NCBI GenBank assembly: GCA_964610875.1
Contig: CAZSWP010000046.1
Location: 1-27,972 of the forward strand
Reading direction: 5' to 3'
DNA from: an uncultured archaeon
GTDB lineage: Archaea; Asgardarchaeota; Thorarchaeia; Thorarchaeales; Thorarchaeaceae
DNA length: 27,972 bases
The notes beneath the pieces are model-generated. The model saw only the letters and a program-made list of their open reading frames with translations, was not told the origin of the DNA and made no database searches. Each line of letters starts with the position of its first letter. Within the stretch, counting starts at the first letter, position 1. The translations under genes were made by a program, and so were the position numbers. Below, piece after piece: positions 7,827 through 16,361 of this stretch.

Positions 7827-8753
7827 TTATCCTAAAATATTCCTTCGATTTACAAAATCCACCAGCTCAAAGACCTCTTTGTACCGAGAACAATATTTGT
7901 CTTCTAACACCTCAATGAGTGTAGTGTAGCCCCTCAGAAGAGGTCCAAGGATGTCTTTAGCGATAGGAAATCTTCTTGCAGTACGTTCGACAATACTAGG
8001 TATCCGTTCTTCAAAGGGAGTCTGAAACTTGGCAAAGAGCATATCCGCATTCAGGATCTGTTCGAGAATTGATGAGGAAACCTCGTCATCTAACTCTAGA
8101 ATGCGAAAGACAAGATTCAGAATCCTACTTCTGGGGACAATACTATCCTCGGACTCTTCGACAATGAGCGGAGCGACTGACTGAAATTTCTCAATCATTA
8201 CACCATCTATAAAACTCAGACACAGAACGCGAGTGTCAGAACTCCAGCAGTAGATGTCAAGGTCAGCAAACTGAACCTTCAGTGGTTGCGGTAGTTCTGT
8301 ATAGATACAAGCTGCCTCCTCAAGACGGTTCAAGACATGATAAGACATCTCTGTAGCATTCAGATTCTTCGGGCTTACGATATCCACAACCCATCTGTGT
8401 TTCCTGCTTATCAGGAAGGCGAATTGCAGGTGTTCCAGTTGTTTAGTTATGGGTGTGTCTTCATGATAGACCCAATAATCAGGTGTACTCTCTGTAACTG
8501 TGTCAAGCTTCTCAAGTGGTTCTATGTATGCATCTCTATGCCCACGGAAGAACCCCATCTGGTCAACAATCACTGAATTGTAGTGACGTTCATGATCAGT
8601 ATCATGATAGACACGAAAGGTCGTCAATTTCATCCCGAAAAAGTCATCGTGATCGCTCTGCGAGATGAAGGTTTCTGAATCTTTTAGGTCGAGGGCGATC
8701 TCCGCACCACATACTCTACATGCAAACTTGGTAACAGTTCGTGTTAGTGTCAT
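7827..8753 (-). CDS. hypothetical protein with N-terminal CxxC...H...H Zn-binding module and possible longin-like central domain
   Basis: FACRVCG...RVYH...ERHYNSVIVDQMGFFRGH. Central beta/alpha pattern. SD AGGAG upstream; 19-bp gap to the GTPase gene. Confidence 0.6.
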   Translation of the reverse strand: MTLTRTVTKFACRVCGAEIALDLKDSETFISQSDHDDFFGMKLTTFRVYHDTDHERHYNSVIVDQMGFFRGHRDAYIEPLEKLDTVTESTPDYWVYHEDTPITKQLEHLQFAFLISRKHRWVVDIVSPKNLNATEMSYHVLNRLEEAACIYTELPQPLKVQFADLDIYCWSSDTRVLCLSFIDGVMIEKFQSVAPLIVEESEDSIVPRSRILNLVFRILELDDEVSSSILEQILNADMLFAKFQTPFEERIPSIVERTARRFPIAKDILGPLLRGYTTLIEVLEDKYCSRYKEVFELVDFVNRRNILG

Positions 8754-8772
8754 TCTTTTGGATTCTCCTTGG

Positions 8773-9396
8773 TCATTTAGTAGCTATGTATTCAACAAGC
8801 CAGTCCTTCAGGTTATTCACACCTTGACCATCCAGGCAGCTGATCTCAAAATATGCCTCAGCAAGAGGTTCCGACTTCATGAATTGCTCAACCAGACCCG
8901 GGTCAATACTGCGGTCTAAGTCACTCTTGTTCATAATGAGGACGAAGCGTAGTGATTTACTAGGGTTCTCTACATATTGTGATTTGACGATTGACGCCCA
9001 GTCTCGCAAGTCCAGTAGTGATTGTAGATTATCTGCTGCAAAGAGAAGTAGAACAAGGTCTACACCTTTGATAGCAATATCACTGAGGTCTCTCAGTGCA
9101 TGAATAGGTGCATCGAGCTGTCCTGCAACATCCACCATCAAAAATACTCCTTTAGAACCTGTTCCCCCAATTCGCTCGACACCAATGGTCTCTAGATTAA
9201 TGAACGGAGTTCGATGATACGCAGAAACAGAATCTGACTCGGCTAATGGTTCACCCTTTTGTAGGGTTCTAACAAGTGTGGTCTTACCCACAGCTCCAGA
9301 ACCAGCTACTAAGACTTTGATAACACCTAGCTTCCTCTCGTTAGTACTCACTGATAGTTCACTCTCTTGCGATGAGGTTCTTGTTGTGTTAGCCAT
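8773..9396 (-). CDS. Ras/Rab-like small GTPase
   Basis: G1 GSGAVGKTT, G2 YHRT, G3 DVAGQ, G4 NKSD, G5 EISC. No C-terminal prenylation motif. Confidence 0.92.
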   Translation of the reverse strand: MANTTRTSSQESELSVSTNERKLGVIKVLVAGSGAVGKTTLVRTLQKGEPLAESDSVSAYHRTPFINLETIGVERIGGTGSKGVFLMVDVAGQLDAPIHALRDLSDIAIKGVDLVLLLFAADNLQSLLDLRDWASIVKSQYVENPSKSLRFVLIMNKSDLDRSIDPGLVEQFMKSEPLAEAYFEISCLDGQGVNNLKDWLVEYIATK

Positions 9397-9802
9397 TTTT
9401 ACATCACTAAGGTCAGCACGGTGGGTATTGAACTATTATCTCTCATTAGAGTATATTAGTATTCGATTAACACAGAGAGGCTTGAAACTGAGCAGAAATG
9501 CAATCTAAGACCGTCTTATCGGGAGGGTCTACGATTTGAGAATGAGATGATATCTTGTAACATCAGTGGTGTTGAAATGCTTAACAAACGGACATAAACA
9601 TCATAATAGGACAACTATCCGGAATAGCCATCATTCTGGGTGCTGCTGTATTTGTATTGAGTACTCTAGTATTGCTACTTGGAAGAAAATCTGACTCAAT
9701 AAGGTAAGGGGATAACATTCAGTAGAGTTTATTCAAATGGAATCTATTTGCTGCAAACTGTTTTTGTTTGTATTTTAAAAGAGAATTTTTCTAGTTCTGT
9801 TT

Positions 9803-9819
9803 AGCTTACAATGAATGGT
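9803..9819 (-). mobile_element. isolated IS-like terminal sequence (inverted copy)
   Basis: AGCTTACAATGAATGGT is the reverse complement of ACCGTTCATTGTAAGCT (12649-12665, 27903-27919) with 1 mismatch. Confidence 0.45.
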
Positions 9820-9886
9820 TTGGTTTCTTTTGCTGATGCTGGTTTTCGAGGTAGCAAGAGTCACACTTCGATTTCAATCCATATTC

Positions 9887-11386
9887 TCATTGTATCTCTT
9901 GTAGATGATTTAGAGCCCATCTACCTTTCTCAGTAATGGTAAAGAATTTCCGAACAGTCTTCCTTATTGTTTGTTCTGTTCGCGAACTGGTAATGAGTCC
10001 GTCTTCTACTAGTTCATTGAGATGTTGGTAGACTGTAGGAATAGAAACTTCGCATTCATAATCATCTCTCAGCGTCTTCCATATCTTGTAACCGTAGGAA
10101 TCACTTGTTGAGAGAATCTGAAGAATGATGGCCTTTGTGGCTCCCAATCGTTTCATCTGATGTCTGCCTTCTCTTCTACTCAAGAAACTTGCCAATTCCT
10201 TTCTATCCTGTACTAGTGTTCTTGTGAATTCCGGATACTTCAGACCCATTCCTGTTATTACACATATGACAGTGTCAGACCTGTCTATGATTCGGTTATC
10301 AACGAGTTTTTTCAAAGCAGCTATTGTTGTAGCTGATGCAGGTTCTGCAAACACTCCTTCGTATTTAGCCAAATCAGCTATTGCATCAAGAATCTCCTCA
10401 TCTGAAACCCCTATTGCAGTACCTTCTGACTCTTTGATTGCTTGTATTGCCATGTGACCACAGGTCGGCTGTCTAATGGCGATATCTTTTGCGATTGTTT
10501 CAGATTCTCTAGTCAGTTGAGGCATAGTGGATGCTGCCTGAAATCCTTCGACGATTGGCGCACAATTATATGCCTGAGTACCAATCAAGCCGATTCTTGA
10601 ATCGTCAATGAATCCAATCTCTCGAAATTCTCCAATTGCCTTCCATATCATTGCAAGGTGACATCCACTTCCCATAGGTGCCACAATCCAGTCTGGGTAG
10701 GATCCTTGAAGCTGATCCAAAATCTCATACGCCGTTGTTTTGACGCCTTCAAGGAACCATGGATTTGATGGTGACACAATATGACTATTGCGTTTCCTTT
10801 TTGCTGACCTGTGGCTTGTTTCTCTCGCATCCTTGACAATTTGTACATCTGTACCATAAGCGAGTATCTGATAGAGCTTTCCGATATCTATTCGACTGTC
10901 TTTTGAGATATAGATCTCACTCTTCAGACTTGCTCGTGCGGCATATGCTACCAATGATGCGGCAAGATTTCCAGTAGTTCCCGATAACACTGTTGATATT
11001 CCAAATTCCTTGGCTTTTGATATCTCTACAGATGTCCCTCTGTCAATAAATGCCCCTGTAGGATTATGGGTTTCATCCTTTAGATAAAGCTCAGACAAAC
11101 CAATCCGTTCTGCATATCTCCGCCCTTTGAGCAGAGGTGTACCCCCCTCTCCAAGTGTGACGATATAGCTTGGATTGGTAATTGGCAACAGTTCAGAATA
11201 TTTCCAGAGTCCTGGTGGTCTGGATGTGAACGTGTTTCGGTCAATTCTCTCAGATATCTTAGACAATTCATAACGGATCCCAATAATGCCTCCACATACT
11301 GGGCAGGTTCTTTGAAGAGTATCTTCTTCCAGAACGTTTCTACATTCTCCACAAAATGAAGTGTAAGTCCTAATATGACGGCTCAT
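9887..11386 (-). CDS. threonine-synthase-like (fold-type II PLP) protein lacking the catalytic Lys, fused to a C-terminal PadR-like wHTH; probable transcription regulator
   Basis: N-terminal CxxC..CxxC, LGEGGTPL, KDETHNPTGAFIDRG (canonical SFKDRG), TTGNLA, PMGSGC, EPASA, VITGMGLK. C-terminal ILQIL...SYGYKIWKTL...SIPTVYQHLNELVEDGLI...RKFFTITEKG. Likely start ATG 11386. Confidence 0.85.
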   Translation of the reverse strand: MSRHIRTYTSFCGECRNVLEEDTLQRTCPVCGGIIGIRYELSKISERIDRNTFTSRPPGLWKYSELLPITNPSYIVTLGEGGTPLLKGRRYAERIGLSELYLKDETHNPTGAFIDRGTSVEISKAKEFGISTVLSGTTGNLAASLVAYAARASLKSEIYISKDSRIDIGKLYQILAYGTDVQIVKDARETSHRSAKRKRNSHIVSPSNPWFLEGVKTTAYEILDQLQGSYPDWIVAPMGSGCHLAMIWKAIGEFREIGFIDDSRIGLIGTQAYNCAPIVEGFQAASTMPQLTRESETIAKDIAIRQPTCGHMAIQAIKESEGTAIGVSDEEILDAIADLAKYEGVFAEPASATTIAALKKLVDNRIIDRSDTVICVITGMGLKYPEFTRTLVQDRKELASFLSRREGRHQMKRLGATKAIILQILSTSDSYGYKIWKTLRDDYECEVSIPTVYQHLNELVEDGLITSSRTEQTIRKTVRKFFTITEKGRWALNHLQEIQ

Positions 11387-11387
11387 A

Positions 11388-11416
11388 CCTATATATAGGC
11401 TTTTACTTATATATAA
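11388..11416. promoter_or_regulatory. TATA box and adjacent palindrome in a divergent promoter
   Basis: Perfect palindrome CCTATATATAGG at 11388-11399. TTATATATAA at 11407-11416, about 25 nt upstream of ATG 11386 on the - strand. Confidence 0.5.
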
Positions 11417-11464
11417 TTTGAGTGGGGAGTTAATCAAAGCAAGTAATCTCTACAAAGGAAGTAT

Positions 11465-12046
11465 GTGGGATGTGGCCAATTGCAGATACATGATACAACT
11501 TCTAATCCATCAAGCATCAAAATTGGCGATGCAACAAGAGAGGATAATCAATGCATTTACAGAGTTCTTGAATTAGCGTTCCATGAAATGACAGATCGCA
11601 ACTATTCAAAAATAGCAATCAATGCAGCAATAAAAGATACAGCTGAGATTGAACATCGAATCCTATCTGACCATATAGTGTTAGTAGCAAAAGTAGCTGA
11701 AAGAATTGTGGGAACTGTCAGTGGCTGTGTGGAACATATGGCTATGCATATGAAATCACTTGCAGTTATTCCATCCTATCGGAATAAAGGAATTGCATCC
11801 CAACTCATTCGTGAACTTGAATCTAGAGCAATCACATGTGGTTGTAACAAAGTATTCGTACAGACTGCCTTGGTCATGTTCGAAGCTATTCGTCTATACA
11901 TAAAGTTGGGATACAGAGTAGAGGGTCATCTGAATAATCACTACTATGGAGAGGACTTGCTTTTTTTTGGAAAATCATTCAAAGAGGATGATGAAAATTG
12001 GAATCTGGAGTTTCATATCGGAGCAATAAGACATTTCATATTATAA
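11465..12046 (+). CDS. GNAT family N-acetyltransferase
   Basis: LAVIPSYRNKGIASQLI (acetyl-CoA motif A) and AIRLYIKLGY (motif B). Confidence 0.88.
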   Translation: MGCGQLQIHDTTSNPSSIKIGDATREDNQCIYRVLELAFHEMTDRNYSKIAINAAIKDTAEIEHRILSDHIVLVAKVAERIVGTVSGCVEHMAMHMKSLAVIPSYRNKGIASQLIRELESRAITCGCNKVFVQTALVMFEAIRLYIKLGYRVEGHLNNHYYGEDLLFFGKSFKEDDENWNLEFHIGAIRHFIL

Positions 12047-12525
12047 TGATAGCAATTATGACAGCATTGACTACTGTAGTCACAGTAAGTGTCGCCATAC
12101 CGTTCCCTACAAGTACAGGGTATTTGAATTTTGGTGATGCACTAGTAATGATTAGCGGGATGATACTTGGACCCTTTGGTGGTTTCTTTACTGGTGGTGT
12201 AGGTTCTGCATTTGGCGATATTCTACTAGGATATTACCATTTCGTGCCAATCACATTCATGGTGAAAGGAATCGAAGGTCTAATTGTCGGACGGGCTTCA
12301 CAACTCTCTAGGAATAAAGAACGACTGGGTGTCTGGGATATAATTGGATTGGTACTAGGTTCACTCGCAATGTTAGTAGGGTATCTTATTGCGGAGATTC
12401 CTCTTGTAGGATTAGAGGCAGCTTTGGCTGAACTAATCACTGTGAACTCAATACAAGTGATAGTTGGTTCCATAATTGCGGCGATAGTAGGTCCAAGGAT
12501 ACGGCACTTCATGCAGTTTCAATGA
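11998..12525 (+). CDS. ECF transporter S component (HmpT/PdxU2-like subfamily)
   Basis: IAIMTAL motif, IPFPTSTGYLNFGD, GPFGGFFTGGVGSAFGDILLGY, KGIEGLIVG, NSIQ. Six hydrophobic helices. TTG start after GAGGATGA. Confidence 0.88.
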   Translation: MESGVSYRSNKTFHIIMIAIMTALTTVVTVSVAIPFPTSTGYLNFGDALVMISGMILGPFGGFFTGGVGSAFGDILLGYYHFVPITFMVKGIEGLIVGRASQLSRNKERLGVWDIIGLVLGSLAMLVGYLIAEIPLVGLEAALAELITVNSIQVIVGSIIAAIVGPRIRHFMQFQ

Positions 12526-12648
12526 ATTAGAGAGCTTTTGTTGGTCAATAGAAGTACATATTGATCTGGCATACCGAATTATATCAACAATATTCATCTA
12601 CTAACAAATAGATGTTTTGTAAAGTGAATAGACGTGGATGTTAGATCC

Positions 12649-12779
12649 ACCGTTCATTGTAAGCTGGATAGGTCAGGGCGACCGGAGTCTTGTCCGTCCA
12701 GGGACGGCACTGGAACGTCACTCCGTGGGGTCAGTACAGTGGTGTCAGTCAACCCAGGTACTTGTTCCTTCCTGAGTTA
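12649..12779 (-). mobile_element. IS-like right end with remnant 3' end of a coding sequence (putative transposase)
   Basis: Homologous to 27903-27972. The - strand frame 12776->12654 reads ...PVPSLDGQDSGRPDLSSLQ*, with TGA inside the conserved 17-nt terminus. Confidence 0.55.
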
Positions 12780-13024
12780 TCCAAGCTCCCACCCAAAAAT
12801 GTCCAGGTGTGTCTAGAATTTTCGCAGCTGTAAGCAACCCTATCACTTTTCTCTCAATCCTATTAGTGGATCACAGTGACTTGCGATACAATTCTCCAAG
12901 AAAATGTCACCATTGTTATAAAAAAAACATGGGTATCGAAGATGATACCTATGTAAATTGACATTGACCTATCAATATGTTTCATGATATTCTATTTGGA
13001 GTCTATTTAGTACAATACTTTCTT

Positions 13025-14533
13025 TCAAGGTCCAAGGATTGTCAAAGCCCATGCAAGCTGTCCGTCCCAATTGATCTTGAGGTCCAATGCGAAACTGTCC
13101 ACACCATCATCAGGGGGATATTCCTCAGCTAACATAGGTTTCTGATAATCCTGTTTCTGATCAAGTTTGAGTTCATAACACGACTGGTCATATGCAGTAT
13201 AGAAGTTGGCACCGGCAGCAAGCTGGGTGTACAACACATATGAAAATGGGCATCTCCATTCACCGTCGGTGTAGGTGAACTCAGCATCATGCTCGTCATC
13301 GGATGACGTGATTACCAGACGGTCTTCATCTTCAAGAAATTGGACTAACTTTCCAGAATAACATGATTCAATCACGATCACCATCTTGCCGTATTCAGCT
13401 ATTTCATTGATGGTGTTACCTATTGCAGTACCAGAAATTGTGTCTGTACCATCACCTCTATCCAATACCAGTCCTTGATAAGCGCCAATATCATCAACAC
13501 GACCATGACCAACTAGATAGATGAATACAAGGTCATCAGAATCACATCTTTCCCAATCTTGTGTATAGTCTTTATCATCGTCTTCAGTCCAGTATGGCCA
13601 GCTAAGATATCCTGGATTTTGACTGCTTGGAAGATTAGTAAAATCCTCAACAGATTCATCAGTCACTTCAATATCTTTGATGAAATCGAATCCCTTGGAA
13701 TTGACAAGATTGATCATCCTTAGATATTCGTTATGATGTGCATCATAGTCCCCATTTGATTCTGTATCACCATTGAGGTTGATTATCAATGCATACCTCT
13801 TGTCTACTGTGAATGAATCAGTAGTGAAAGTACTCTCAGAGGTAGCAGAAAGAGTAATGGAGTCAATGACGTGAGTGACATAGACATTGTACCTGTAGAC
13901 TGAACGCAGAGCGAAACCTTGTATTGTATCACTACCAGAGTCTCCTGAGGGAACACTCTGAGTACTCCGAACAACATCCCACTCTATATCTCCATCATCG
14001 TGACGGTACTTGATGGTAATCTGAGGTGAGCTTCCCTTTCCTTCTCTACCCCAACTGGTCACCGCCCAGTTAAGTACCGCATACTTTTCTGAAGCATCCA
14101 CTGACACAGAGAGAGAGGGCTTGCAACTTGTAATGGTGTAGTAACCTGTTGTCGTTGTAAGGGTTTCTTCCGGAAAGATTGTTTCCGATGCTTTGATCTT
14201 GTAGGAATATGATGATGTGGGACTCAATCCAGTTATTTGTCGTTCATATCTCCATTTGTAGCTTGTATACTCATGTACTTTATACATGAGATACCAACCC
14301 TTTCCAGACACATACACATGTACCTGACGAGTCGATTCTGCATGACGCCAACATACGGTAACTCCAATGGTCACTTCAGTAGTGGAGTCTGAGGTATAGC
14401 TTGGAGTGTATACTATTGGCTTCTCCTGCGGCGGTGGTGGCGGTGGTAGTACACCAATGGCACCAACTGCCTGAGTCACTAAAAGCACTGTCAAGAACAC
14501 AGTATATACATAAAGGAACTTCTTTTTGTTCAT
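13025..14533 (-). CDS. secreted clan CD cysteine peptidase (C13 legumain/caspase-like) with N-terminal FN3-like domains
   Basis: Signal peptide, poly-Pro linker and FN3-like ITGLSPTSSYSYKIKA. Dyad LVFIYLVGHG (His 13505-13507) and VIVIESCYSG (Cys 13361-13363); LVITSS. SD GGAGG. Confidence 0.82.
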   Translation of the reverse strand: MNKKKFLYVYTVFLTVLLVTQAVGAIGVLPPPPPPQEKPIVYTPSYTSDSTTEVTIGVTVCWRHAESTRQVHVYVSGKGWYLMYKVHEYTSYKWRYERQITGLSPTSSYSYKIKASETIFPEETLTTTTGYYTITSCKPSLSVSVDASEKYAVLNWAVTSWGREGKGSSPQITIKYRHDDGDIEWDVVRSTQSVPSGDSGSDTIQGFALRSVYRYNVYVTHVIDSITLSATSESTFTTDSFTVDKRYALIINLNGDTESNGDYDAHHNEYLRMINLVNSKGFDFIKDIEVTDESVEDFTNLPSSQNPGYLSWPYWTEDDDKDYTQDWERCDSDDLVFIYLVGHGRVDDIGAYQGLVLDRGDGTDTISGTAIGNTINEIAEYGKMVIVIESCYSGKLVQFLEDEDRLVITSSDDEHDAEFTYTDGEWRCPFSYVLYTQLAAGANFYTAYDQSCYELKLDQKQDYQKPMLAEEYPPDDGVDSFALDLKINWDGQLAWALTILGP

Positions 14534-14841
14534 TTCTTCATTTCCTCCATTCCACGAGGTGTTGAGAAGGGATTTGACGAAAGTGGTTGAAATGATATGA
14601 CTCTACGTGCTACATTTTGGCAAACATAATGCTCTTTAGTAATCACTGGGTTACATCCTTTTCTCCAAGATCCATTCCACAACAAAGGCATTCACCTACA
14701 TCATTACTGATAAAAATTCCGTCAGATATGTTATAGCAAGGATCAATTGGTGATGGCATACGTACTGGTCAGTGGGTGTATGTAAAAATGTAGAGCAACA
14801 AGATTCGTACTTTTTCCATTGCCTGACGTTCAAATTGGAAC

Positions 14842-15036
14842 TTGGCTTATTCATTCATTGATATTAGTTTCAAAAACAGGGGGGATTTAATGCCGGAGTT
14901 AGTTGTATATCCCTTCAGCGGAATTCTCCTTGTGAGTTTCCTAATTCCATTATATTGGATTGTTTCATCCTATCTAAAAATTATACGACTGAATAAAAAA
15001 CCAATTGCTGAAATCTTCTCGATCTTTCATGATTGA
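14842..15036 (+). pseudogene. possible C-terminal fragment of a membrane protein (ABC-permease-like end)
   Basis: One TM segment followed by KIIRLNKKPIAEIF; no convincing start context. Confidence 0.2.
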
Positions 15037-15102
15037 AATTGGTGATACAGTAGCTAAAAACGAGGTTATGAAATGTGTGTGAATGCCTCTCTTCTACGCT
15101 AA

Positions 15103-15459
15103 CTAATGAGATTCAATGAATTCATGAATGATGTTGACATACAAGTCGATGTCTTTGAGGTTATGCTTTAATATCATAAAGAGCATCTCATTATCAAACT
15201 CACCATAGAGATGTACAATTCGATCTCTGAACCGAGCCATCTGAGCAAGAGTTTCACCAAATTGTTATGAGAGCACTTCATTTTCAGCGAGAGTTGTAAA
15301 TACAGAGGCATAGTCGCTAGGTTTTTCCCATCCCATGATACCAATGAGGTGGTTGCCGATATCAAGGCAGATTTGTATTGCTTCTAGAAGGTAATATTTC
15401 CCAGCACCAAGTTTCAGTTTATCTTTTATACTATAGGATGAACAAATCCTAAACTCCAT
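15103..15459 (-). pseudogene. HepT/DUF86 HEPN toxin pseudogene
   Basis: AIQICLDIGNHLI...PSDYASVFTTLAENEVLS*QFGETLAQMARFRDRIVHLYGEFD...IES-H*. In-frame TAA at 15265-15267; true stop at 15103-15105. RNxxxHxY motif degraded to RDRIVHLY; 5' end appears lost. Confidence 0.8.
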
Positions 15460-15768
15460 GTGCTAATATTCATTGAATTTCTGGTTATGCTGGGTCAGAG
15501 TAATGGTTTGATAAATAGAAGACATCTTTGGAGTGGAGCTTTGTATCACACAGGAAATAAGCGGAAGCAAGCCATAGTTCCTCCAACACCATTTTTCGAT
15601 ATCGTTAATCAAAGCTGAAAAAAAGGTTCTAATTGTCAAAAACGTGAGGGACTAGGGAATGCTCCGTTTGACAATCCAATCATTCTTACACGGACTAGTT
15701 TTAACAAAGCAATCTCTCTGGTAGTTAGTACTTATTCATATCATGTTGCTCTGAAATATAGTACTTTA

Positions 15769-16270
15769 ATGAAAGAAACGGGTGGTATCCTGTTGAAAAT
15801 GAAGGTACTCGCTTTTAATGCAAGCCCGCGCAGAAATAACAGCACAACTAACATGCTTGTTCACCGATTTCTCGAAGATGCCAAAGATGGAGGGGCTGAG
15901 GTCACAAAACATCATGTTGTTGATTTGAAGATTTATGGCTGTAAGAGTTGTTTCACCTGCTGGTGGAAGACACCCGGTCGCTGTGTTCATCGTGATGATA
16001 TGGATTGGCTTCTTCCAGAGATTGCGGATGCAGATATTCTTGTGATGGGAACTCCCATCTATGGAAGAAATGTGACTCTTTCAGATATCGGACCATGAAG
16101 ATGACCGTGAAATACTAAATGAGTTCCTTGCAGCAGTCAAGAAAGCTGGTACTCTAATGGTGAGTGGTGAAGAGATCCCTGAAAATATCCGAAAAGGTCT
16201 TGAAGTGAAGTTCTCAGATGAGATGGAGATAATCAAGAAACATAACGTGTATAGTACTTCTAGACGTTAG
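15769..16270 (+). pseudogene. iron-sulfur flavoprotein / NADPH-dependent FMN reductase family, internally deleted
   Basis: ASPRRNNSTT, CKSCFTCWWKTPGRCVHRDDM and GTPIY, then an abrupt end. The C-terminal part (ILNEFLAAVKKAGTLMVSGEEIPE...) continues in another frame at 16082-16270. Confidence 0.75.
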
Positions 16271-16361
16271 AAATGGGACATGACTAACTAATAGGTTTTT
16301 TATGTTCGCTGAAAGGTCTTCTATCATGTGGCTTCTTTTATCTACCCCTGATCATGAGCAC

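Noticed and set aside
9887-11437. Annotation as functional thrC with start at 11437
   Set aside because: The catalytic Lys is absent, a wHTH is fused, and the extra N-terminal codons run through the TATA region.
12598-12646. Integron attC-like CTAAC...GTTAGAT
   Set aside because: Too short, no L-box pairing, no array and no integrase in the window.
9803-12665. Composite transposon carrying ThrC-wHTH, GNAT and ECF-S between inverted termini
   Set aside because: Homology between copies shows that the element interior lies to the right of 12649 and left of 9819, so the enclosed genes are outside both ends.
12655-12790. GC-rich foldable segment as ncRNA (SRP-like GGAAG, or H/ACA-like stem followed by ACA)
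   Set aside because: The second copy at 27903+ breaks the CCGTCC/GGACGG stem, while most differences are synonymous in one reading frame. This points to coding origin. SRP, RNase P and 5S consensus motifs are absent.
12634-12816. 60-aa + strand ORF
   Set aside because: Antisense to the conserved coding remnant; no protein-like features.
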